A stretch of 64,000 nucleotides of DNA. Origin: an uncultured bacterium (GTDB lineage: Bacteria; Muiribacteriota; UBA6191). Below, piece by piece: positions 8,174 to 18,647 of the stretch (the first letter of the stretch is position 1; the number at the start of each line of letters is the position of its first letter). The DNA is taken from positions 223,478 through 287,477 of the forward strand of contig CAZIKF010000001.1 in NCBI GenBank assembly GCA_964539825.1, written 5' to 3'. The position numbers and the translations under genes were made by a program. The notes under the pieces were generated by a model. The model worked only from the letters and a program-made list of their open reading frames with translations, made no database searches and was not told the origin of the DNA.

Positions 8174-11100
8174 CTATCTATCGAAGATTTCCAGTTTCCG
8201 CTCTATTCCTGTGCGCCTCGTGTCCGTAGGACTCATGATTTTTAAAACATTTTGGTATGCGGAGCGCAGATTCTTCATATCTCCAATTTCTTCGTATGCC
8301 TGAGAAAGTTTGAGACGGATTTCCACGTTATTAGGATTTCGGGCGATGAGACTCTTTAAAGCCTGTATTCCCTGCTGTAAATAATTATCCTTGTTGGGGA
8401 TGGATATGGGCAGGATTCCATAACGCACGAATGAAAAGGCAAGATCCATAAAGGCTGTATTGTTGTTCGGATCCTTTTTCACGATCGCCTGAAGCCTCGG
8501 GATTTTGATCTGCAGTGCCTGGCGAACCAATGAAGCGGCTTGCTGCTTATTCTTTGCCAAATCAGCGGCTTTCAAAAAGGACTTCTCCGCCTCCTCCTTT
8601 TTTTGCATCTGAAAGTACAAGGAGCCAATCCGAACCATTGTTTCCGGATTGGTGGGATTGAGCTTTTGGAGCTTTTGAAACATTTCCAAGGCTTTATCAT
8701 ATTCCTTGTCTGCCTGGTAGATCATGGCCAGACCTAAAAAGGTGGTCGGCGTCTGCCCATCTTTAAGCCGAATTGCTCGCTCCAGCATAGAAAGAGCTTC
8801 CGGATGCTCACCCCGGGTAGCCTTCAAATAACCCAGGTTACTCAAAGACTGCGCGTAAATGGGGTTCAAATCAATGGCTCTTCGATAAAAGTCCTCTGAT
8901 TTTTTTGCCAGAATCTGCCTGGTCTTCTGGTCTAGAGTTGAGCGTTGTGACTCTTTATAGAAACACAGCGCGATATTATGAAAATTGGCCGGGTCGGTAA
9001 AATTATGAGTCGCTTCCAGAAACGAGGAAACCGCGATGAAATTGTTGGTTAGATTCTTATCCGTAAGGTCTTCATTGGAGCCAAGGGTTTCGCCTTCCTC
9101 AAGGGCATGGGGTCTCTTGTACATCGTATGTAAATTCAGATTTCTCTTGATCGTACGAACGTTGTAGATATCTATATCATTCTTGGGAATTCTGGGGTTA
9201 TCGTTTGAGTCCATGAGGGCTCGACCAAAATCAAAGAGGAGCTCTCCGAGTGTGGAATCATGGGTTAACGCCTTTTGATACAGATCAAACGCTTTTTTCC
9301 ACTGTTTTTGGGAAAATTGGTAAAAGCCCTGTCTCCAGTAATAATCGCGGTAATAGACATCGTTTAGATTTTTCCATGTCAAAACTGCTACTAAAACTCC
9401 TCCACAGACCAAAAGGCCTCTGAAAAAATTCCCTCTGATGGGAACCCTGCTAAGACGTACCCCGCAAAGAGTAAGAGCGAAGGCGGCCCAGCAGTAGAAC
9501 GTGACCATGGAATACATGAGATGCAGGTCAAAAGTGACTACACAATGGGTGAGAGTGCCGATAGTTCCAGCCAAAAGCCCAATGATCGTCAGTACCTTCA
9601 GCGGGTTTTCATCAAATTCCTGACGATAGATGCGCCGCAGACCCTCCAGAGTCCGGCGTACATAGAAATACCAGAAGAGCATCATCAGGCTCAATCCGAT
9701 AAGACCGATCTCAGACATCCAGTGGATATACTCATTGTGGGCATAGATCGACTTATTGGTATCCCACAGAAATTTTCCTGATACCTCGGTATCAAGAAAG
9801 AGCTTCACCTGGTAGATCATGTAATGGATTCCAAAGGTTCCAATACCTTTCCCAACCATCAGAGAAAGAAGATCATCTGTAATGATCCGTAAAGTAGTGG
9901 AATAGATCAGGGTTCTCTGGTGAGCTGAGCCTCGCCAGTCAGAAGTCTGGGTAATTCGAAAGAGAGTACTGCGGTGGGATTTGATGGTATCGGATCGAGA
10001 TGGTGATGTAACGACCTTATAGCTTCCTAAGAACATCATTACCGAAATGATTCCTATGAGTAGAGCCGGCACCAGATGGCGAAAGAAGGCTAAAAACGAG
10101 AGGAATGCCAGGCAGGAGATCACGATAGCGGCGGTAAAAAGCCCCTTATTTTCTGTTACAAACATCAGTCCCAGAATTACGACCACCAACCCTACGCTGC
10201 CGAGAATGGTCAGGCCGGTTATCTTTTTGCGATCCTGGTTTGCTAATAAAATTGAACACAGCACAAGGAAACAAAGACTCACCACCATCCCCAACAGAGC
10301 ACCTCGCGTCTGGGTCAGCAAAACAGCGTTAATCATCAATATGAGACTGGTACTATAAAATGCGGAAATCAGGACATCCCAGATTAATTGAGCCTTTGAA
10401 ACACCTCCTGTTCGAAGATCTTCATATACCAGGGTCTTAAGTTTGAGTAACAGACGGATGAGCACCAGGGGAATGATGAGAACCAGGTAACCACTAAAAT
10501 AGTTTCTATGCCCCATGAAGGCATAAATCTTAAAGTGCTCTTCAGGCTTTTGAGGTAATAAGATTCCCTGAAAGAACTTGTTAGCTTTAACAAAGGGCAG
10601 AGGCAGAATAGCAGACATGGCAGATTCGCCTGCTGGAACGGCAATTTCACCCAGAAAAGTGTCCATGACCACTGGACGACTTTGTATTCTGAAATATTTA
10701 TCATCAAAGTCGTAATACTGGGCCAAGCCGTAAAGGGTCACTAAAAACGCAGCGAGAATCGTAACCGAAATCAGGTTATGAATGACCCTCTCTGAGCGAA
10801 TTGAGGTTAGAACTATCGTAAAGAGTAAAAAGCAGCCTAACTGGGGAGAAATTTCGCGCATGGAAAGATTGGCTGAAATCGACCAGGAAATGGAGAGGAG
10901 CATGAAGATGATTGTTGCCAGAAACCAATAGAAAGCGCGGCAGCGAGGGATAAGTAGAACCCCGCGAATTGCGAGGGCAGCTACCCAGGCAACAAGAGCC
11001 GCCATCAAGAATTTACCGAAAAGAATCTCTTTTGCCGTGTTAAATACGTGCTTGAGGTCAATATCGATATGCAGGGGCATAAAGAAGAGAATCAGCCCCA

Positions 11101-11179
11101 CAAAAATGTAAATTGCAGCGCGCGGCAAAGCGGAGAGAATAGACAGATTTTCGCTATGAGCGGAGGTTTTTGGACTCAT
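8174..11179 (-). CDS. large polytopic membrane protein: O-antigen-ligase-like (Wzy_C-type) domain fused to C-terminal TPR repeats
   Basis: The N-terminal ~600 aa are multi-TM with a QTRGALLGMVVSL region typical of the O-antigen ligase/Wzy_C family. The C-terminal ~400 aa are TPR-like repeats. Confidence 0.6.
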   Translation of the reverse strand: MSPKTSAHSENLSILSALPRAAIYIFVGLILFFMPLHIDIDLKHVFNTAKEILFGKFLMAALVAWVAALAIRGVLLIPRCRAFYWFLATIIFMLLSISWSISANLSMREISPQLGCFLLFTIVLTSIRSERVIHNLISVTILAAFLVTLYGLAQYYDFDDKYFRIQSRPVVMDTFLGEIAVPAGESAMSAILPLPFVKANKFFQGILLPQKPEEHFKIYAFMGHRNYFSGYLVLIIPLVLIRLLLKLKTLVYEDLRTGGVSKAQLIWDVLISAFYSTSLILMINAVLLTQTRGALLGMVVSLCFLVLCSILLANQDRKKITGLTILGSVGLVVVILGLMFVTENKGLFTAAIVISCLAFLSFLAFFRHLVPALLIGIISVMMFLGSYKVVTSPSRSDTIKSHRSTLFRITQTSDWRGSAHQRTLIYSTTLRIITDDLLSLMVGKGIGTFGIHYMIYQVKLFLDTEVSGKFLWDTNKSIYAHNEYIHWMSEIGLIGLSLMMLFWYFYVRRTLEGLRRIYRQEFDENPLKVLTIIGLLAGTIGTLTHCVVTFDLHLMYSMVTFYCWAAFALTLCGVRLSRVPIRGNFFRGLLVCGGVLVAVLTWKNLNDVYYRDYYWRQGFYQFSQKQWKKAFDLYQKALTHDSTLGELLFDFGRALMDSNDNPRIPKNDIDIYNVRTIKRNLNLHTMYKRPHALEEGETLGSNEDLTDKNLTNNFIAVSSFLEATHNFTDPANFHNIALCFYKESQRSTLDQKTRQILAKKSEDFYRRAIDLNPIYAQSLSNLGYLKATRGEHPEALSMLERAIRLKDGQTPTTFLGLAMIYQADKEYDKALEMFQKLQKLNPTNPETMVRIGSLYFQMQKKEEAEKSFLKAADLAKNKQQAASLVRQALQIKIPRLQAIVKKDPNNNTAFMDLAFSFVRYGILPISIPNKDNYLQQGIQALKSLIARNPNNVEIRLKLSQAYEEIGDMKNLRSAYQNVLKIMSPTDTRRTGIERKLEIFDR

Positions 11180-11233
11180 GACCTGAGAGGTGAAAACAGG
11201 CCGACAGTATAACCCGAGTAGGGCTAGAATTCA

Positions 11234-12481
11234 CTAGGCGATTTTCTTAAGATCCATCAACTCACCTATCTTCTCAATACCCAGGACCATCTCCTCGGTG
11301 ATTGTGAAGTCTTTCTTAAGTTTCACGAGATTAGGGAGTTCATACATCAAATCTAACATCAAGCGTTCCATCACCGAGCGAAGGGCCCTGGCGCCTGTCT
11401 TTTCCTCGTTAGCCCTGTGACCTATCGCCTCCAAAGCCTTTTCAGTGAAGTGAAGCCTGGCACCCTCTAACTCAAACAATTTCTGGTATTGTTTCACCAG
11501 AGCATTCTTGGGCTCCGTCAATATGGAGACCAGGGCAGGTATATCTAGCGGCTCCAAAACACAAACAACAGGTAGACGGCCTATAAATTCCGGAATAATT
11601 CCAAATTTGATCAGATCCGCTGTGGTTACATCCTTAACGATATTTCGATTATCAAAAGACTGACGACTTGAAATTTTAGCCCCAAAACCGAGGTTGGAAG
11701 AATTCACCCTTTCCTCAATAACCTTTTCCAGTCCGTCAAAGGCACCGCCGCAAATGAACAAAATATTAGTGGTATCGATCTGGATTAACTCTTGGTGCGG
11801 ATGCTTTCTGCCTCCCTTGGGAGGAATATTCGCTACAGTTCCTTCAATGATCTTCAGCAGAGACTGTTGTACACCTTCTCCAGACACATCTCGAGTTATG
11901 GAAGTATTTTCACCTTTTCTGGCAATCTTATCTATCTCATCTACATAGACTATGCCTTGTTCCGCCTTCTGAATATTAAAATCTGCATCGTGGATCAGCT
12001 TGAGCAAAATCGATTCTACATCTTCACCCACGTATCCCGCTTCGGTAAGAGACGTGGCATCGGCGATACTGAAGGGCACATCGAGAATCTTCGCAAGGGT
12101 TTTCGCCAATAGGGTTTTCCCGGAACCAGTTGGACCCAGCAGAAGAATATTCGACTTCTGAATTTCAATCTCTTCGCTGATTCTGGAATTGATCCTCTTA
12201 AAATGATTATAAACCGCAACTGAGATCGTTTTTTTAGTGCTTGGCTGACCCACAAGGTACCGATCTAGCTCAGTGAAGATATCGTGAGGCTTAAGAACCT
12301 GGCTCTTACCCGCCCCTTTTTCTTCTTCAAGCTCTTCAACGATGATCTCATTGCAAAGCTCAATACAGGCATCGCAGATGTAGACTTCAGGTCCTGCGAT
12401 CAGTTTTTTTACTTGTTCCTGACCTTTGCCGCAAAAAGAGCAGCGATAATTGTCTCCATCTTTGGTATTGAACATACTCAT
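11234..12481 (-). CDS. clpX: ATP-dependent Clp protease ATP-binding subunit ClpX
   Basis: N-terminal C4 zinc finger (CSFCGK...CDAC), Walker A GPTGSGKT, and [10 protein letters not shown]. Confidence 0.95.
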   Translation of the reverse strand: MSMFNTKDGDNYRCSFCGKGQEQVKKLIAGPEVYICDACIELCNEIIVEELEEEKGAGKSQVLKPHDIFTELDRYLVGQPSTKKTISVAVYNHFKRINSRISEEIEIQKSNILLLGPTGSGKTLLAKTLAKILDVPFSIADATSLTEAGYVGEDVESILLKLIHDADFNIQKAEQGIVYVDEIDKIARKGENTSITRDVSGEGVQQSLLKIIEGTVANIPPKGGRKHPHQELIQIDTTNILFICGGAFDGLEKVIEERVNSSNLGFGAKISSRQSFDNRNIVKDVTTADLIKFGIIPEFIGRLPVVCVLEPLDIPALVSILTEPKNALVKQYQKLFELEGARLHFTEKALEAIGHRANEEKTGARALRSVMERLMLDLMYELPNLVKLKKDFTITEEMVLGIEKIGELMDLKKIA

Positions 12482-12491
12482 GACAATATCC

Positions 12492-13079
12492 TCACTCTTC
12501 GTGTCTCTCCATTACGCGATCGATTATCCCGTAATCCAGGGCCTCATGCGCCGTCATGTAATAATCCCTATCGGAATCCTGGGATACTTTTTCGATAGGT
12601 TGACCGGTAAATTGCGACATCATTTCATTCATGAGCCCTTTTATCCTCAGGATCTCAGTTGCCCTTATTTCAATATCGGACGCCTGCCCGGCAGCACCGC
12701 CAAGAGGCTGATGGATCATTACAGACGAGTGAGGAAGGGCGTATCTCTTACCCTTCTCACCTCCAGCGAGGATGGTGGCAGCCATACTGGTGGCCTGCCC
12801 GAGACAAATGGTAGCCACCTCAGGTTTTACGTACCTCATAGTGTCTAGTATTGCCAACCCCGCGCTCACAGAGCCTCCAGGTGAATTAATATAGAACTGA
12901 ATGTCTTTGTCGCAATCTTCCGCTTCCAGAAAAAGCAACTGCGCGATGATGATATTCGCTACTTCGTCATAAATCGTACTTCCTAAAAAAACAATTCGGT
13001 CTTTTAGGAGTCTGGAATAAAGATCATAGGAGCGCTCTCCACGGCTCGTACTCTCAACAACCATTGGAATCAATGCCAC
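12492..13079 (-). CDS. clpP: ATP-dependent Clp protease proteolytic subunit ClpP
   Basis: [19 protein letters not shown] carries the Ser nucleophile context, and the catalytic His lies in the MIHQP motif. Length 195 aa. Confidence 0.95.
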   Translation of the reverse strand: MALIPMVVESTSRGERSYDLYSRLLKDRIVFLGSTIYDEVANIIIAQLLFLEAEDCDKDIQFYINSPGGSVSAGLAILDTMRYVKPEVATICLGQATSMAATILAGGEKGKRYALPHSSVMIHQPLGGAAGQASDIEIRATEILRIKGLMNEMMSQFTGQPIEKVSQDSDRDYYMTAHEALDYGIIDRVMERHEE

Positions 13080-13194
13080 TGGGTCTCCTTTGCTTTTCTA
13101 TGCTTTCGCACTTTTTTAATTCCATCCCGGTACTCTATTAGTTTACACATTGACTCGATGGGATGCACAGATAAGGTGTAGAAAGATTCTCGAC

Positions 13195-14556
13195 CTACCC
13201 TTCGTTCTCCAATTCCTTTGGGGCTTCTTCAGGCGAATAATGGTTAACAAGAAACTCCAAACCCTTTTCTTGAAGAATCTCAGCTCGGATTAAGGGTCTT
13301 CGGCCCAGGCTCTCCACATATTCCAGAATTTCCTGGAAGGGCTTGCGAAGATAATGGGCAGTCATGGAAACCCTGGCTGCGATCTCTCGCTCCTCCACAT
13401 CAAAACCCTCCTGCTTTGCTAAATCTGCCAAAGCAAAGCTCAATTTTAAGGCTTTGACTGAATCAATATTCATCTCTTCTTTCAGCTCGTCTTCAGATTT
13501 CCCTTCGGCCTTGAGATGATCCTCAAATGAAGTCTGCTTTTTGGATAACTCATATTTCAAGTCTTCTAATTTTGAGTCGGTAAGCTCCCGCGTTAACTCT
13601 TCAGGAACTTCACAATCGATCACTGCCTGCAATGACTCCTGGATCTTCTCTTTAATTTTTTCTTGTGCTGCCTGTTTGTTCTTACTTTCCAATTCATCGC
13701 CAATGCTCTTCTTTAATTCAACCATGGTTTTGAAGGGACCAAATTTTGACGCGAATTCATCATCAAATTTCTGCGCCTCAATCTTATGATGACCAAGAAC
13801 TTTAACTTCCAACTGGGCTGTCTTTCCAGCCACAACCTTGTTGTCAAAATCCTCCGCAAAAGAGTACTCGAGATTGACTCGATCCAGTTTTTTACTTCCA
13901 AGAATATTCTTATCAAAATCTGGATACAGCTCCTCGTTACCCATGACCAATTCGATATTGTAATGGCGCAAAAACCTACAGTCTGCCCCATCTACCTTCC
14001 CTTTAACTAAGAGATTCACGCTATCGCCCGCTGCAATGACCGCGCCCTCATCAGCTTCCTTCTTTTCACTATTCTTGGAAGCCAGCTGATTTAGAAAATC
14101 ATCAATATCATTTTCTGAAGCGGAATCGGCCATTACCTGTTCAATTTTCAGTGACTTGTAATCTCCAAGGCTAAATTCAGGGGCCACAGAAAAAAGCGCT
14201 TCGAACTCAAACTTGTCATTTCCGATTTCCACATTTTCATACTTTACTTCGGAAATAGGATCCAGGCTGACTTGCTTAAGAGCGTCATAATACGCACGCG
14301 GCAATAGCTGTGAACGGACATATTCGTGGAATTGATCCGCTCCCACCTGTCTCTTCACCAATGCCAGGGGGGTCTTATCTCGGCGAAATCCGGGAATTTT
14401 GACAAACTTTAAGACTTCTTTCTGAACCGATTTAAAGGCCCCATGAACCATAGACTTGGGAATCTTGACCTCGAGTCTTATCTTTGAGCCCGCAAGCTCA
14501 GTTTGCTCAATTTCAAAATCCCTTTCTTCTTTTACAATCTTCTTTTTCGTAGCCAT
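13195..14556 (-). CDS. tig: trigger factor
   Basis: The N-terminal ribosome-binding domain and the GFRRDKTPLALVKRQVG region are typical of Tig. The tig-clpP-clpX synteny is conserved here. Confidence 0.9.
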   Translation of the reverse strand: MATKKKIVKEERDFEIEQTELAGSKIRLEVKIPKSMVHGAFKSVQKEVLKFVKIPGFRRDKTPLALVKRQVGADQFHEYVRSQLLPRAYYDALKQVSLDPISEVKYENVEIGNDKFEFEALFSVAPEFSLGDYKSLKIEQVMADSASENDIDDFLNQLASKNSEKKEADEGAVIAAGDSVNLLVKGKVDGADCRFLRHYNIELVMGNEELYPDFDKNILGSKKLDRVNLEYSFAEDFDNKVVAGKTAQLEVKVLGHHKIEAQKFDDEFASKFGPFKTMVELKKSIGDELESKNKQAAQEKIKEKIQESLQAVIDCEVPEELTRELTDSKLEDLKYELSKKQTSFEDHLKAEGKSEDELKEEMNIDSVKALKLSFALADLAKQEGFDVEEREIAARVSMTAHYLRKPFQEILEYVESLGRRPLIRAEILQEKGLEFLVNHYSPEEAPKELENEG

Positions 14557-14600
14557 CTTTAAATCCTCCCTTCCGGGGATTCATGCAGGTTAACTGGGAA

Positions 14601-14682
14601 TGCGAAAGGAGAGACTCGAACTCTCACACCCTAAGGCACAAGATCCTAAATCTTGCGTGTCTACCAATTCCACCACTTTCGC
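14601..14682 (-). tRNA. tRNA-Leu (anticodon TAG), long variable arm, no encoded CCA
   Basis: Reverse complement is GCGAAAGTGGTGGAATTGGTAGACACGCAAGATTTAGGATCTTGTGCCTTAGGGTGTGAGAGTTCGAGTCTCTCCTTTCGCA. It has a 7-bp acceptor stem, a 3-bp D stem, a perfect CAAGA/TCTTG anticodon stem and the T-loop TTCGAGT. G37 is consistent with CUN decoding. Confidence 0.8.
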
Positions 14683-14879
14683 GAAAATAGCCCCCTAGTT
14701 TATCTAAAACTGGAAGAAAGTCAAGGTTTCAAGGGGGTTGAGGCAGGGCGATTGCATCTAAATTTATGTAATTCCAAGTACCCCGAGCCTAAAGTTTTGA
14801 CCCCATCGAGCTTTGACTCTTTTGTTCTTCGCTCCAACTTTTACGGTTTTCTCTTGCTTCAGAAGGTTTAGAGCCATTC

Positions 14880-16427
14880 TCAGCGGCGATTTTTAGTGGA
14901 ACTCTTCTGAAGAGTCTCTCGATAGTCAACTTCCGGGAAAACCCGCAAAAATCCTGGCCCGAATGCCTCATTACGAAACTTCCCATCAGTCAGGTATACC
15001 ACCGGCTGTCTCCGAACAGAATAGTGATTATTGAAGGGATTCTTTAGATACTTGTCGCCTTTGTACTTTCCTTCAAACTTCACTGTTCCCAGGTAGCTTA
15101 AACGTTGATCCTGGGGTATAGTTCCATGAACCCACAATAAGACTAGGGAATTCATTTCCAAGTCTTCTTGGAAGTCATTTTCTGAATCCATATCTACGAG
15201 AATTTCGTAGTGTGACGCTTTTTGCACAACATCGATCACAACTCCGCTCCAGGATACATAGCGACCCTCATATACACGCGGAGCATCACGTACTTCCTCA
15301 AATTCAACTCGTTGATCAAGGTCAATTTTCTGGGTATTCCTGCGCTGATTTTCCGTGATCTGCTGAACTCTCCTAGACTTGCGAACCCAGAAATCGGAGA
15401 TTCTAAAAAGAACTTTCGCCTCTTCCAGATCGTCTCCTGATAACTGACCTACTTCGATTGCCTTTTCCAGGAGTTGATGGGCTTTTTCATATTTGCGGTG
15501 CTCAAATGCCAGACGACCTTCATGGTAAGTCTTGAGAGAAAGTTCTCGAGAAAGTTTTTTCAGACGAACCTGAGTTTCCAAATTTCCAGGACTAACTCGC
15601 ACACCCTCCCTGAGTTCCTGCAGAGCAGTAGTATCTTTACCCTGTCGCTGAAGAACACGACCGAGACGTTCGTAATAAACTCCATTGGAAGGAGCCAGTT
15701 CTACCGCTTTTCGTAAATGAATCTCCGCTCGTCGATAATCACCAAGACTTTCATAATTCAGACCGATGAGATAGCGGGTTACGTCCTCTTCCCCTACACC
15801 TAGCTCCAGAGCAGTGTTCAGTTCTTGTAGAGATCGAGAATAGCGCTCTTCTATAAAGTGATATCGCGCCATGTAAAAGTGCAGATCTCCTGACTGCTGA
15901 AATACCTGCATACTATCCGCAATGAGATCTCGGACCAGGGCATACTCTCTTTTGGAAAAAAGCTCTTCGATCTGGCGTAACCTCTTTGATAAAAGCTCAT
16001 CCCGTGCGGCTTCAGCTCTAACATCATTTTTCTTTAGCTGCTCTTCAAGGATCTCTTCTCTTGACTGGACCCGCAACTCTATTTTCTCCTTAAAGCGAAT
16101 TAGCCTTTGGTACCCTCTGCGAGCCCCATCCTGCGCGGGATCCAAGGATAGAGTCCTCTGATACTGGATAAAAGCATCCTGGAGTTTTCCCTGGCGTTCA
16201 AAAACTCGACCAAGATTATAATGAGCTACCACATTATTAGGATCTCGTTTCAACGCGCTAAGAAACTCCTCAAAGGCCTGAGCGTATTTCCCCTGGTAAT
16301 AGAATGCCAGTCCCGCCGTGTTATGAATCTGCGCTGAGGAGGCCCCATTTTCACTGAGAAAAAGGAATGCCAGCAGCAGGAACTTAAAGGAAGATATAGT
16401 TCGTAAAAATGATCTATATTTGCACAT
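14880..16427 (-). CDS. TPR-repeat protein with a signal peptide
   Basis: Multiple TPR-like repeats (AxxYxxLGxxxxxxGxxxxA patterns) and an N-terminal hydrophobic signal. Confidence 0.6.
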   Translation of the reverse strand: MCKYRSFLRTISSFKFLLLAFLFLSENGASSAQIHNTAGLAFYYQGKYAQAFEEFLSALKRDPNNVVAHYNLGRVFERQGKLQDAFIQYQRTLSLDPAQDGARRGYQRLIRFKEKIELRVQSREEILEEQLKKNDVRAEAARDELLSKRLRQIEELFSKREYALVRDLIADSMQVFQQSGDLHFYMARYHFIEERYSRSLQELNTALELGVGEEDVTRYLIGLNYESLGDYRRAEIHLRKAVELAPSNGVYYERLGRVLQRQGKDTTALQELREGVRVSPGNLETQVRLKKLSRELSLKTYHEGRLAFEHRKYEKAHQLLEKAIEVGQLSGDDLEEAKVLFRISDFWVRKSRRVQQITENQRRNTQKIDLDQRVEFEEVRDAPRVYEGRYVSWSGVVIDVVQKASHYEILVDMDSENDFQEDLEMNSLVLLWVHGTIPQDQRLSYLGTVKFEGKYKGDKYLKNPFNNHYSVRRQPVVYLTDGKFRNEAFGPGFLRVFPEVDYRETLQKSSTKNRR

Positions 16428-16433
16428 AAAAAA

Positions 16434-16505
16434 TGGGCCTGAAGGGATTCGAACCCCTACAAACAGATCCGAAGTCTGGTATGCTATCCATTACACCACA
16501 GGCCC
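16434..16505 (-). tRNA. tRNA-Arg (anticodon TCG), no encoded CCA
   Basis: Reverse complement GGGCCTGTGGTGTAATGGATAGCATACCAGACTTCGGATCTGTTTGTAGGGGTTCGAATCCCTTCAGGCCCA folds as a cloverleaf. The anticodon loop is CTTCGGA (U33, anticodon UCG, G37). The 27-43 pair is a C-U mismatch. Confidence 0.7.
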
Positions 16506-16514
16506 AAAGTTCAA

Positions 16515-16589
16515 GGGCGATCAACGGGACTCGAACCCGCAACACCCAGGACCACAACCTGGTGCTCTACCGATTGAACTATGACCGCC
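16515..16589 (-). tRNA. tRNA-His (anticodon GTG) with genomically encoded G-1 pairing to C73
   Basis: Reverse complement GGCGGTCATAGTTCAATCGGTAGAGCACCAGGTTGTGGTCCTGGGTGTTGCGGGTTCGAGTCCCGTTGATCGCCC. The acceptor stem is 8 bp including G-1:C73. The anticodon stem is CCAGG/CCTGG with loop TTGTGGT. Confidence 0.8.
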
Positions 16590-16794
16590 AAGTAGTACAC
16601 CCTGGGGCGTACCGAACCATCGAGAATTTAGAAACTCGCCCATCTGCCGGGTTTCCCGACTCTCTAAGTGGCGGTAATGTAACCGCATCCGAAAAAACTT
16701 TCAACTGTTTAGGGGAAGATTCCGATCAATCCTCAGCTAATTAAGAATTCTTTCCGATACATTTAACAACAAAAATAGACAATGGAGAACAAAA

Positions 16795-17418
16795 ATGAAC
16801 AAAAATATACTCATTTTGTACATATCTCTATTCACCCTTTGTCCACAATTTTTCTCCAATTCTTTGTGGAACAACCATTCTGGAAACCTCACTACCGGGT
16901 TTATCCGCGATTTTCGACCGGGTGATATTCTACTGGTGACTGTAAATGAGGAATCTCGTTCTCAAAACAATTTCAAATCAGAAATTAGCGACCAAACTAC
17001 TGTCAATTCAAATCTGCTGGGGAAACTCAGAGATATCCTGGCACTTGCCAACGTTCATCCCCTTAATAAATTGACCAGTCGGCTCGCGACAAATCTTTCC
17101 GACCAAAACCAGGCCAGTGATATGGAAGGAGAGGGGAAAATGATTAGCAATACCAAACTGGAGACGCTGATCACCGTGATGGTCAAGAAAATCTTCCCCA
17201 ATGGAAATCTCTTTGTCGAGGGGAACAAGAGTGTGATGGTAAATGGTGAGAGCCAAATTGTGAAACTAACAGGGGTAGTTCGAGCAGATGACGTGGACAA
17301 CAACCGCATAGATTCCAACCTTGTCGCTGAAGCCGCAATTACTGTTAATGGGAAGGGTGCCTATGATGGGATTCGAAAACCAGGTGTCCTCCAGAAACTC
17401 TTAAATGTTTTATTTTGA
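16795..17418 (+). CDS. flgH: flagellar L-ring protein FlgH
   Basis: GDILLVTVNE...FPNGNLFVEGNKSVMVNGESQIVKLTGVVRADDVDNNRIDSNLVAEAAITVNGKG matches conserved FlgH blocks. It has an N-terminal signal with Cys. A GGAGA Shine-Dalgarno sits upstream. Confidence 0.8.
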   Translation: MNKNILILYISLFTLCPQFFSNSLWNNHSGNLTTGFIRDFRPGDILLVTVNEESRSQNNFKSEISDQTTVNSNLLGKLRDILALANVHPLNKLTSRLATNLSDQNQASDMEGEGKMISNTKLETLITVMVKKIFPNGNLFVEGNKSVMVNGESQIVKLTGVVRADDVDNNRIDSNLVAEAAITVNGKGAYDGIRKPGVLQKLLNVLF

Positions 17419-17443
17419 TCTTTAACACAGGGAGAAACAAAGA

Positions 17444-18493
17444 ATGTCCACAATCAATTTAGTTCCATCTTTCAGAAGCCTCTCTCATTCTCTCTTAGGC
17501 GCAACTCTCCTACTCTTCACTTTAAATCTATCCCTGATCCACGCTCAGCCACTTGCCAGAGTAAAGGATATCGCCCGCTTACAGGGAGCGAGGAAGAACC
17601 AGTTGATTGGAACTGGTCTTGTCATAGGATTGCAGGGAACGGGGGATAAAACCGACTTAACCAGGGATATGATTCTTAATACCATGAAAAACCTGGGAAT
17701 GAAGGTCAATCAACAATCCATGGACGCAAAAAATGCTGCCGCTGTCATCATTACCGCGGACTTACCTCCCTTCACCTCCCCTGGAGATCAAATTAACGTA
17801 ACGGTCTCAACTATGGGTGATGCGGGCAGCCTTAAAGGGGGCGTTCTAATTCAGACACCCCTGAGAGGTGCTGACGGTAGAATCTACGCGGTAGCACAAG
17901 GGGCGTTAAGTGTCGGAGGGTCAACGGCGGGCAATCACTTAAATGTGGCCAAAATCCCCAGGGGGGCTACTGTGGAACGTGAAGTTCCGATGAACTTTGT
18001 CAATAACCATACGATCTACTACCTGTTAAGAAATAAGGATTTCACTACCGCAAATAGGATGGCTGACGCGATCAATGAGACTTTCGGTCCCGGGGCGGCC
18101 AGGGCGCAGGATGCGGGCAAAATTGAAGTACATATCCCCTATTCCTTTCAAGACAATCCTGTAGAATTCATATCCCAGATCGATCACATCAGTATTCTTG
18201 TTGATCAAGAAGCCAGGGTTGTCATCAATGAACGAACCGGGACGGTTGTGTTTGGCGGAACAGTGAAAATATCTCCGGTTGCCATTTCTCATAAATCCAT
18301 GGCGATTAAGGTGGGAAATGAACTCAATCCCATCAACGAGGAATCCCATGTTGTAAATCTTGATAAGGGAAGCACCGTAGAGGAATTGATTAAGACATTA
18401 AACCTCATGGGTGTAAAAACAGAGGACTTGATCGCAATCATCCAAGAAATAAGAAACGCGGGAGCGCTGCAGGCTAATCTTGAAATCATGTGA
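17444..18493 (+). CDS. flgI: flagellar P-ring protein FlgI
   Basis: RVKDIARLQGARKNQLIGTGLVIGLQGTGDK is the FlgI N-terminal signature after a signal peptide. Length 349 aa. Confidence 0.85.
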   Translation: MSTINLVPSFRSLSHSLLGATLLLFTLNLSLIHAQPLARVKDIARLQGARKNQLIGTGLVIGLQGTGDKTDLTRDMILNTMKNLGMKVNQQSMDAKNAAAVIITADLPPFTSPGDQINVTVSTMGDAGSLKGGVLIQTPLRGADGRIYAVAQGALSVGGSTAGNHLNVAKIPRGATVEREVPMNFVNNHTIYYLLRNKDFTTANRMADAINETFGPGAARAQDAGKIEVHIPYSFQDNPVEFISQIDHISILVDQEARVVINERTGTVVFGGTVKISPVAISHKSMAIKVGNELNPINEESHVVNLDKGSTVEELIKTLNLMGVKTEDLIAIIQEIRNAGALQANLEIM

Positions 18494-18647
18494 TCTTCTT
18501 GCGTGAGTCATTGCGAACGGCAAATTCTATCCCCAACTACAGGTTCAGGACCAATATATACTAATCACAGATGGGCTAAGGAATCGACGATTCAAAGTTT
18601 GACTGGTACTACGGACAAATCAAATGCTTATGACATAGAATCCCAAA

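Noticed and set aside
16590-16790. Possible extra tRNA or ncRNA between tRNA-His and flgH (hairpin GCGGTAATGTAACCGC)
   Set aside because: There is no cloverleaf and no T-loop. The region most likely holds the divergent promoters for the tRNA operon and flgH. The hairpin alone is not enough to call a feature.
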